Shown here: positions 53,100 through 64,000 of the stretch, piece by piece | Numbering within the stretch: position 1 is the stretch's first letter | How the letters are laid out: every line of letters starts with the position of its first letter | Source of the DNA: Trichoplax adhaerens | Lineage: Eukaryota > Animalia > Placozoa | Assembly: GCF_000150275.1 (NCBI RefSeq) | Contig: NW_002060961.1 | Span: forward strand, 1,072,600 to 1,136,599 | Reading direction: 5' to 3' | DNA length: 64,000 nt | The notes under the pieces: generated by a model | The model's database searches: none | What the model was told of the DNA's origin: nothing | The model's input: only the letters and a program-made list of their open reading frames with translations | Translations under genes and position numbers: made by a program

Positions 53100-55500
53100 G
53101 GCTGATTAATGACTGAATGATATCATTTCAATGTAATTATTGGTAAGAGCGGACAACAGGAATTGGTGATAATACTTATTTATCAAACACCAATCCTGAC
53201 TACATATACTCGGAGTATACCTTTAAGAGATTGGGCAACTAGCATAAATTAGCATAGCAGCCTAATGTAAGCATGATTTAGCACTTTCGAATGTTTCATA
53301 ATTAAATCTTGCAGTAATGATCTCTATGTATGCCTTTACTATTTATAATTCAGCAAAAAAAATAAATATTTAACTTCATAGGATCTTAAAATTATTTAAT
53401 TCATTTGCCTAAAAAGGATTTTTGCTAGCTGAATGAAAACTATAGAAAGCATCGAGTTTTAATTAATGATATATTATTTAATACATTATTCTGGTATAAA
53501 ATTATTAATAATCATGTTGATAGCTATAATCATCTGCAAGTTTGCACCGTTAATCCTGATTTGAAATAACATTAGTAAGATAATTACTTAGCATTGGATC
53601 ATCAATTTATAATTACAAATTAGATATTCAATTTATCTACCGTTTATGTACATTAAATTAGGGAAGTCAAATGTGAAAATATTTGTTCTTTTTAAACGTT
53701 TAATTTATATATTTCATTTTTTCTGCAATCTTTTATTCCAAAAGTGGAGATATTGGACTAGCCATAAATTTTACTAGTCTAAGCAAGATTAAGATTTGTA
53801 TATTAAATTCCAATATAATTGCAGTTAAGCAATTATGAAACAGTACTATTGCCATTAAGAAATATCTGTAAGACAATTGAGATTTACATACTATTATTAG
53901 CCAAGTAATACCTTAACTTTTTCGATAAGGGACTTTTATCCCATAACCAATAGCTAGCGACATACAGTAGAATCGGTTGTATAATTTACATTCCAATACA
54001 CTAACATCATCACATACTAAATATGTTGCATTGCTTGCTAAAAATGATTAAAACGAAATTAGTAATACATCCAACAATAAATAGCAAATAAAATATTTTT
54101 CGCTTGATTGGCCTTAGATGAGAGAGTGTAAATCCTTTCAATTTGGTAAATACACCACAACTATAATCAAGTAATACATAATCATGTATGGTACGTATAC
54201 ATTACTAACTACAATTCCTGACAAATATGGCCACTGAAAAATGTAAAAGTTAATTTAGATCCTCTTGAGCATTCCCTAAAAATCTTTTAAGTTATTTGCA
54301 TACGACACAACCCTTACTACAAGATAACTCTGCTCGTTTATAATTCTAATGTCAAAACACTAAAGCTAAACTGTCTTTCTAAATATTTTATTATATAGAC
54401 AATTTTATATTTTACTCAACAATAACTGACCTTCTTTTCAGTTTAAGTAAATGCATTTAGTTTTTTAATTCTATCCAAATGCGTCAACTTATTCTATCAA
54501 TATCTTAACAGCTGAAGGGGAATAGCGAAAGTCATTATATTCTTAGAAATTGACCTTGATGAATTCTTAATGAAGCCAAGTAAGTAATGTAACGAAATTG
54601 CTATTAGATAAAATTAGCAAGATCGATCAACGCAAGAACTACGAGTACATCCTAAAAAATTGTAATTCAGATAAAGGTAATAACTGAGTTATTATAGCCC
54701 TTATCTGCAGTAAGACGTAAAATTTAAATGTGGTAATTTAATTTTAATGGTATAGTATGACTTACATTATTTTTTATATGTAAATTATTATTCCAAGTTA
54801 AGTACAGTAAATGGAAGTAAATTTAGAAATGTATAAGTTTACATAGACTGCTACTGTATTTTACACCTACATCAATCTTTCTTTCCAATCGATAAATATT
54901 AATCCATAATTTTTTAACTGCTGTTATGCTGAAAACGTTATTTTTGAAGAGGATTTGTAGCTGGTACAATAAAATATACAATAAACAAATCCCAAAAATG
55001 AAATTTGAAATTAAATTTAGTATTTATAGAGCAGCTTTCTTGCATTATATATGCTAAAAAAGTTCAAATAGTTTCATAGATGCAAAAGATATCACCCATA
55101 ATGTAACCTATGTCATTAAGCTTACTCGTAAAGTAATGATAAAATTAAATAATTCGCGTATATTCTAGTTAACGAACGAATGATAAAAGAGTAATCTGTC
55201 TTGGCCAAACTGAAATAAATTTGACTAATTTATAAGGAAACTGAGTAACTTTCCTATAATAGCTAAGAATACTTTCGGAGATATCAATTGAAAGTTCAAT
55301 TTTTCTATTAAAATAAAATTTTAGACATTCTAATACAGTCTGTGAAAATATTCTAAAACAGCAATATAACGAATAAATATATGAGATTTTTAACAGCATA
55401 GAGAAAAAGCCGTTTATTTCAATACATATTATAACAACTTTCTACTAAGCATTACAATTTGCTGGCTAGCAATGAAATTCTTAGTGTAAAATCTATTGTG
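53100..55500 (-). pseudogene. Decayed LGR-like relic
   Basis: Minus-strand order: LRR-like ORF 55169-55399 and ISKNIMTFAIP (~54535), TM1 IFYLLFIVGCITNFVLIIF (~54040-54096), TM2 NLNCLTD/FLMAI (~53860), TM6 ANLC*LP with TAG in place of TGG (53233-53253), TM7-like LLPI (~53143). Confidence 0.5.
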
Positions 55501-56835
55501 GGAATCCAAGCTTATTATATCTATTGAAACAGGTTCGGAATAATTAGATCAAAATTGATCGGAGATTTGATTATATCGTAAAATAACTGTTGTTTAGACC
55601 AATTTCGAATGATACGATTAAATAAAGTTCTTGTTTCTTTGTAAAGGAAAACATAAATTCTGGTAAATTTTAAAATTTATACATTAATTAACTTCTAAAA
55701 GTATCGTTATTGCCATCGCAATCGTTTATAATAGAGTATCAAATAAATATTACTTCTTTAAGTGGGTTTAAGACATTTTCGAATAATCAATTGAAAGCCA
55801 GACTTTCTTTCTAACATCTTTCGCCATTATTATATATATACCGTTGTTGGTAATAAAATATCGTTAATAACGTGCTAGAATGCATGAACTACTTAGTTTA
55901 AAGTTGCATGCGATGAATTCTTATTACCTAAATATGGAAGAATCTTTAATACGTCCTAATATCACGACGTGAGTACCGGTAACAGTCGCGAAAGTGTTTA
56001 ATTATTAGATTAAATTTATATCTTACACTTATAAATTTACGAATAGCGCAGTGAATTTCTTTAAATATATGGGTATTGATTTAACACAATTAATAAATCA
56101 TCTCAGGTCCTCGCTATTAATAACACCTTTACTTATATCATATTTGTATTCTATTTTCATACATGTAAATTAAAGCAAAATTTCTTCATTGCCCTCTAAT
56201 GAAGTTACTATACTTAGGAAAACGCTAAATATGCTGAACTTGATCCAGCCACCGACTCTTTCGACGTAGAAGAAAATTTGACTTTATAACATTTTGCAAA
56301 TTATATTTAAACTCATGGCAACAAATTATTTGATTCAATTGCTATTTGTCTCCTTCGAGACTTAAATATATTCGAAAGAAAACGTTTTCCTTACGGCTAA
56401 TTCTAAATAATTTACACCATTTTAATTCAGTATTATGCTAGTACTATACATCCGAAGCCAGTTCCATATATGTAAGAAACGTTGATAACTGAAGAAATTC
56501 TCACGGTATTTATTACCTGAAAAACTGCAGCATTTGGCTTTCTGTCCTATCAGAATAAAATGCAAATATGAGTAAAGAAAGACAGATAAAAGTTAATGAA
56601 TAGCATAAAAAGCTCTTGATATAAAATTTTACTATAGATAAGAAAGTAGACTGAGAATTGCGATTCAATTTAATTAATTAAGAATAGCCTTTATGTAAAT
56701 TAAGTAACTTGATAAGCAAAGGAATTTAAAGTCATGATAAATTAACCTGAAGAAAATTTCAGGAGTAATGTTGTTTCTATTCTGCAAGAAATTGTTTTTA
56801 TGTTTTTGTAAGCCTTAGCGATATTGAAGTAATTT

Positions 56836-57095
56836 TCGCCATTTTTTCGCTTTAATTACAAGCTCAAGTTGAATTCTTAACTATTTAGGGGGCAAATAAT
56901 GCCAATACGGGCCCGTATAAGTGAGTTAATATGCAAGTATATAATATAATTAGGGCTTTTGTTTATTATTATTATCGCTATTTTTCGTTTTGACTGCAAG
57001 CTCAAATTGAATTCTTAAATCATTTAGAGAGTAAACAACGCCAATATCGGCCGTTATATGTGTGTTTCATGTATACTTAATATAAATTATCGCGA
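56836..57095. repeat. Old diverged tandem duplication, ~138 bp period
   Basis: CAAGCTCAA(G/A)TTGAATTCTTAA at 56859 and 56997, with similar flanks (TTTTTCG upstream; ATTTAG..GCCAATA downstream). Confidence 0.75.
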
Positions 57096-59249
57096 ATTTG
57101 GCTACAGAAATATACAATATATTACTATGTAGTAACTCGTTTTATTATGTCATGCGAAAGTGTTGGTGATCATGAACCTTCATGACTTTAAAATATTGAA
57201 AATTTTAATTTATATTATCATCACAGATTACAATAGCTATGACTATCTATATTGCTTAAGAATAATAAAGAGCTACTGCTTTTCATTTCTTAGATCGATA
57301 CCGTAACTTACTAAAACCTACGTATTCAGTTAAGAATTAAGAAAGAGTGCATCACCTGTTATACTTGATTTGCTTTTAATTTTCAGCTCTTATCTACACA
57401 TTCTTATTTCATACCGGTAGTAAATGATCTAAATTGACTAATAATTCTCAATCGGTCTCAAAAACAAGGTAGAATTACATTCAGTAAACCTAAATTAGCT
57501 ACGCTATGCCAAATTGCTTTACATCATGAACATTGCAATTGTTTCCATTGATTGCACCATGAAGTATTTCCGATTTGCATAACAATTAGAAATTAAGTCG
57601 TGATAATAGTTGCAATAGAACTCCACTTTGCTATCGATTGATTATACGCATAACAGAGCGAGACAATTGCAATTTGATTGTATATTAGCATAGAATAAGG
57701 GTTTAAGGTAAAAAATGTCAATCAGGCTTGTAACAATTACATAATTCACCACAATATAGCATAAACTATCTATCATGTCCGTTTATACATACACTATTTT
57801 CATTTTGCTTTGCATACCGCTTTTTTAATTGTTGTTTAGCCAATACTTTCAAAATCATTGGTTGATATACTGTACTTCATTAGCATCAATTATTTATATT
57901 TTTATCACATCAAACTAAAATATGTGCAAAACTGAAAACCTGGAGGTGAAAATTAAACCTAGAGAATGTAAGTATCGAATATAGTGTTGGGCTGACTCAG
58001 TGACGAAAATAGCATAATTTACAGAGTTTCAGAAATTCTCTTCTTGCTTATAGCATATAGTAATGAAAAAATTGTAATCATGCATGCCGTTTGCTTCATG
58101 ATTATTAACTTTTCAGGAAAATATATCTAATCCTAGCCCAATTTTTTCTTCTAGGATACTAGATAAATTAATCTTTAGCATCTGCTCTGCAAAAATATCT
58201 AGAAATTAATAATTAATAATAATACTTATCCCCAATTGAATATGCTATTATATTAAATTAATTTCGACTATCTATACGTACATAGTTTGATTTATATGTA
58301 GTGAAGTAAATTCATAAATTTCTCCTTCATTTCTTTTTAGATCAGCATTGTAATAGACCGATTTATAGATAGATCAACACCTATTAGAGTAGTCAAATAC
58401 TGTACTGTTTCTATTGAGTTTTGAAACCTAAAAATAATTTAATGGAACAGATGAGGGTGAGTGTTTTTCAAGATATGTGAGAAATTAAATTAGAGCATAG
58501 TTAGGTATACGATTAATAATAATTTCGAGTGACTGCGAATAAATTGTGAGTTGAGATTGTTAATTTATATCTAGGTAAATTATCTGTCTTAAAAAATAAA
58601 GGAAATAACCTTCAACGTTCGCTGTTCGAAAATATTAGTTGAACATACCAACTCTAGTCTTTATCTTAGAGAAATCTTGATAGTAAATAGCATGCATGAA
58701 TCCAAAAGTTCAGAAATATAATTCGCTAGATGTAGCTTAGCCTAAAAGTGTTAATTGCTTTTATTTCAGCTTACATTACTACAGAGATTTCTATTCGTAT
58801 TTGATTAATATGGTATTGGGAGGTTATCAATTTCAATAATTAAGCTCAATATATCATTAATCAGGATAGAAATAAATTTGCTCTATCAATGTGTTACAGT
58901 GTTATATACTGTATTACAGTAGAAATATCTATGTTAGGATAATTCTATTAGACTATCCTTATTTAGTTAACTTCTAATTTGGATATACTGTATTTTAATA
59001 TAGCACTGACTTTTTATGACAGTGACACTTATACACATACTGAAATTAATAGTTATAATAGGGAATGCAAATCATCTGCTTACAGTTCGAATCATTGTGA
59101 TTGTAATTTACTTATGGTAGATTGTAAATTATCATGGAAATGTTCCGTGATAGGACATATCGTAATCTGACTATTCTGTATTAGTCATTACATGTCTATG
59201 TTCGTAAATACTGTTGTCTGCATTAAGGGAGCAGTAGCTAAAATTAATA

Positions 59250-61200
59250 TCTAATTCAGTAAATGATTCTAATGTTAATTGTATTAGCTATGACTCATGA
59301 ACTATTGAGGAATAGTATATAAATGCAGTATGTCGTGAAATAAAGAAGAATTGTCCAACTTAGTGTTTAACGTAAAATACGAGGCGTTTAAGTCTTTATG
59401 TAGTCTGCTAGTAGAGCAAAAGTGTTTGTGATAGTGCAGATATCGTTCCTTGATACGCGGTTCAAGGAATTGACTTATTGATCGTATATTGCGTTATCTT
59501 GTTGCAAAGCTGTTTTGTGACACGATGTATTAATTGTTATGATTAAATATAACGCAATAAAAGTCATCAAATTTTTCATAGAAACGAGGACAATCAGTAA
59601 ATTAATTATTTATTGCAATCAGTTGAAGATATTGAGAATGCCTAATTAACCTTCTATGGTGCGTTTCCTCGTAAACAATTTTTAATGCACCTTGATCACT
59701 AGCTGAACAAGACACTTCATTACTAGCTACCCAACAATACATTACTCGTAACAACATTAATAAAACTAAGATTTTGATTTAAAAATTTTTTTTTAATTAA
59801 TAGATTCCTATTGTATTTACTCTAGGCATTATTTCAATCTTAAAATCAAATCAGTTAACGGTGCATTAATTGTTATTACCGCTTATTGAATTACAGTTTT
59901 AAATTAATATCTCCTCAATTAAGTTATTTCATATATGCATAGAGCAGTTACGATTATGTCAGCTCTAAATTGACAACAATTACATTATGAATAAGGTTGT
60001 CATGCTTGAATAATCTACCATTTTCCTGAAATTAAAATCATTCAGTATTGTCTTAATAGTTATTCCGGATTCGGTTAACATTTGAATTATCGTAACCATG
60101 ATCAGTCCAATTAATAGTGATCTTGTATTTGAGAAGAGTATATGGATATCATTATTATGTACTGTTTGATAAATTCAATTATCACTATTATTATTTCACA
60201 ATCTTGCTAGTTATTTTATGATGTGATTTACTGACAATATTTTAGTAAGATCAAACTATCTGTAATTAAGATAGGGTAATTCGATCTTGCATACGCTGAT
60301 GAAGACTATATTAACAATTGATTAAAATAATATCTGATTTCCGTGAGTAAGACATCATTTCCATTTCTCCAAATCCAATTATAGTTATAATCATAAACCA
60401 TAATGATACTGTAAATTCATTAAAATTATAAACATAATGTAAGGATATCTTATGGAATATATGACCTAGACAACTATGGTGGATATAATAAGTTATGCTA
60501 TTGATTACTTGTATCAATCTCAGACTAAAGCTATATCTAGTAAAGATATTTAGGATGGTGCTGAAGTGCTCAGTATCTATTTTGTCAAAATAGAGAAAGT
60601 AATTAGTTTGCCAATATTTTAAATTATGGTTTGATACAATGTTAACAGATAGCAATTACAGATTAGCAATAAGTATCTTGATGATAAATTATCTCAGTTA
60701 GAAGATATTAAATAATTCTACGCTTATATTGATTTCATTGAAAGCTTTTGATGATTGCAAGCTATCAATCCAATCAAATATTTTCAGTAATTATAATTAT
60801 TATTATTATTGATAAGTAGAACAATCCAGGCTTTTACTCCAATTATATCAGCGCGTTATTGCAGTCTAGTTATAGTTGCTTATCAGAGTTTTTTATTTCA
60901 TATTGCAGTAGGAATCATTAAATTCAATTAAATCAATAATAACATAAGCATGGATCTAAATTGCGTTACCAAAATGTGATTAATCCTAAATGGAATCAAT
61001 GATACGTTGAATAATAACCTTTACTGATACTTTATCGATGGCTTCGAATGTTACCTTTAAGATAGAAGGAAAGGCATCGGTTATTTAGTCATACAATTCG
61101 ATAGAAATCAGTTTTCTTGCTAGATTAAAGGGATGTTATACCAGTAAAATTTTATCCTTAGACTGTAAATCATGTTTGCAGTTAAATTGTGAATTATAAT
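59250..61200 (-). pseudogene. Decayed LGR-like relic
   Basis: LRRs PFNLARKLISIELYD (~61110) and IDSLQSSKAFNEI (~60750). ORF 60311-60655 carries LRR, an SC hinge and TM1-like LWFMIITIIG. Then TM2 LITDSLI (~60260), TM6 ICTITNTF (~59430), TM7 ILFLNS (~59310). Confidence 0.45.
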
Positions 61201-62465
61201 TATTGAAACGGTGCGGCTGAAATAGATGTCGGTTTTTATTAGGTTAATTGACCAATTCTAATTTCCGTTCTTTATCCATTAGTATACAAAATATGAATAG
61301 ATTATCGATACAGTGATGATTCCATATAGAATTAAATTCAGAATTAAAAGCGAGGAGATATCATCACGCTCTTTTAGCTTGATGAAGATGACAAGTAAGT
61401 GCAGTAGTATTGTTTACATTAGAATTGGACATCGAATTCAGTATTCAAAGTAGGCAAGAAGTTCTTCTGTGTATAATTCTTTTAAACAAGTCAACCAGCA
61501 GAATTTGATTTTATTGCAGAAGTACAGAAACATATACTCATTTAGTAATTCTTGATATAGGTGCACTCATTTCCATCGATGTCTAGTATCAAGACTGATT
61601 CGACGGTCTTGGATAACATTGATTATGACCAGATTATAATATCAGTTGTTCTTTAATTTATACTTATTAAGGTTAGTGCCTTGATTGCTTGAAAAGCATG
61701 TAAAGGACTAATAAAATGTAGTATTAATATTAAATATTAAGATATAAAGGCTATAATTGTAATGATGTTTGTGAGTAGAGAAATCAAACTAGCAATGCTA
61801 AGATCACTATTGATCGCAATTTACTGTTTCATAAATAGTTATCATCATTCGATGATCCAAAAGCTTAGTATGGATATTATGGTATTACAGCTAGAGTCAT
61901 TTTAAAAGGTATCAACGGCTAATGCTATTGCAAAGGCGTGAGGTAAAATAGTTCCCCATGTCTAATCTAATAATAACAAGAAGTCCCATTTACAGGAAGT
62001 TCACTTAGTGACACTATTATAAAGTCAAGCGTTATGAAGAAAAACTTGGATAAAAGTTGTTTGATATCCTAATAATCGATTGTCGCTGGTCGATTTTTCC
62101 GATTGACGAAAAATCCACTCCTATGTATTGCTTATATTTCATCTCCGCAACAAAAATAGCAAAAGAAGGATTTCGATGTTGGAGATGATGATTACTGTAC
62201 TTTGAGCTTTGCATTGAACTTGAATAATAGTGACGCAGAAGGCAAATTAACTACAGTAAAACGATAACCTTTAGGGAATAGAGTAAACTAGAGGATGGCG
62301 CTAAAGGATAGGTAGAATAGGAAAATATTGTTACAAACTACGAATTTTGTTACAATACATAGAACTAAGAAGCAATCGATGCCATTAGATTGCGTCGGAC
62401 ATGATCGACGTATCGATAGTCATTTTTTCATGACTAAAATAGCGCTTGACTTTTAACATTGCCAG

Positions 62466-63533
62466 TCATTTAACACAATTTGCTTGTTCGACATTGAAAG
62501 CGGTAATAGTATGAGCAGATGATTTTCGCTTCCAATCTTGTGCAACAATACTGTCCACAGTTGGATTGTGCACAGTATTAGCGCGATTATTGCTTGCCAA
62601 TCGACTACACAGAAGATTGCCAAGCCATGTAGCACGAACTCGTTTCTCAATTTCCCTACGTAAACTAGCTGTAAAATAGCCATAAAGGAGTGGATTCATA
62701 GCTGGATAGGAAAAAGCTAAATACTGCAAGCTGCGTATCACTTGTGCTGTCGTAGGTGTAACAAATTTGGAGGAATATAACATTAAAAAGACAACAACGT
62801 AAGGCAGCCAAAATAGGATAAAGATACCAATCATGATGGCCATATGTTTGATTGCTCGGATATTACGCTTAATGACTGAGATTGGCGTACTAGCACGTCG
62901 AGAGATGATTTTATCACGTTGTGTGTGACTGTTAACAATGAACAAGATTTGTGTATAAGTCACAATTAACACCAGCAATGGAAAGAAAAATAAAACACTG
63001 AAAATAGTGATTAAATAAGCGTGATGGACTGGGTTAGCAGGCCTGAATTTAACACAGGTATTGGGTGGGGGCATTAATATTGTAAATAGCGGCAAATATG
63101 CACTAAAAATACTCAATAACCAGACAGCGGCTACGGATGACATAGCAATTAAACGCGTTTTCCTCATTTCATATTTAAAGGGAAATATTACGCAAAAGTA
63201 GCGATCCAAACTGACTAAGGTTAAATGTAAATTTAAGTTCACAATTAATCCAATACCAGTTAATGGTAGAACAGTGCATGCGATTGGATCCTGTTTAACC
63301 CACTGATAATAGAGTACCCATCGAGGTAATAAATAAAGTAGGCCAAAGATGATTCCAGCACAAAACATGCTAGCCATGATCCAGTTGGACATCGTATGAA
63401 GTTTACGCTCCGATACAATTAATGCTAACATAAAAATATTAGTCAGGATAGTTAGTCCTGTAATAACGCCGTAAACGATCGTTGATTGAACTGTTTCGAA
63501 TGGAATTTCCGTTTGATTGGTTATATTGGACAT
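62466..63533 (-). CDS. Class A GPCR, divergent orphan subfamily, single exon, 355 aa
   Basis: 7TM with N-glycosylation sites (NIT, NQT), LTN (TM1), SMFCAGIIFGLLYLLPRW (TM2), SLDRY, FWLP and AFSYPAMNPLLY. Confidence 0.94.
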   Translation of the reverse strand: MSNITNQTEIPFETVQSTIVYGVITGLTILTNIFMLALIVSERKLHTMSNWIMASMFCAGIIFGLLYLLPRWVLYYQWVKQDPIACTVLPLTGIGLIVNLNLHLTLVSLDRYFCVIFPFKYEMRKTRLIAMSSVAAVWLLSIFSAYLPLFTILMPPPNTCVKFRPANPVHHAYLITIFSVLFFFPLLVLIVTYTQILFIVNSHTQRDKIISRRASTPISVIKRNIRAIKHMAIMIGIFILFWLPYVVVFLMLYSSKFVTPTTAQVIRSLQYLAFSYPAMNPLLYGYFTASLRREIEKRVRATWLGNLLCSRLASNNRANTVHNPTVDSIVAQDWKRKSSAHTITAFNVEQANCVK

Positions 63534-64000
63534 GATGAATTGATCTTGTTGGCTAGACTTGTTATTAAATGAGCGATGGCAATTTCTTGTGACGAAATGA
63601 AATTAGATTAAGGATGCCAACTAGAAGAATAGTCGCCTAACTCTTCAATATTCAAGTTATCAATTGGCTACTGAAGTACGTCAAATTCTCTTGTACACCT
63701 AATAATTAAGGGAAAAATTGCAAGATAGAATTGGTCCGGTTAGTCATGATGACACAGAAAGATGAATTGATCTTCAGTCTTGAATAAGATGACAGCAATT
63801 TACAGACAAATACGAATCATAGTCGCCATTAGCATATTACTTATGGCAATCGTATAATAATAAACAACCATCTCTCCCAACAGTAAGCGAACATCAATCA
63901 ATACGGCAGTTTTCAATTCATCGTTATCAACTAATCAGAATACATTGGTCGCCTCAATAAAAAAGTTTTGACTTAAGCGATGAAATGAAAGTACGTATAG

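Noticed and set aside
1-64000. tRNA, rRNA or autonomous transposon genes
   Set aside because: No cloverleaf, rRNA signature, transposase or RT ORF was recognised.

Overview
AT-rich eukaryotic (animal) genomic DNA with short GT-AG introns. The intronless rhodopsin-family GPCRs, LRR-GPCR relics and TACTG/CAGTA satellites resemble a placozoan (Trichoplax-like) genome; this is inference, not proven. Well-supported content: a 10-exon ZFAND2B/AIRAPL-type gene missed by the ORF track (1036-4159), four intact single-exon class A GPCRs (one neuropeptide-receptor-like, three of one divergent orphan subfamily), a frameshifted pseudogene of that subfamily, and three GC-richer tandem repeats. The apparently empty intergenic DNA seems to hold many decayed LRR/LRR-GPCR genes. 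The two best leads are a decayed spliced gene whose fragments follow the motif order of a pentameric (Cys-loop) ligand-gated ion channel (about 21.1-23.4 kb), and a 137-bp tandem array whose units each fold into a ~69-nt G.U-rich hairpin best on the + strand. All relic calls were made by eye across broken frames and need HMM confirmation.
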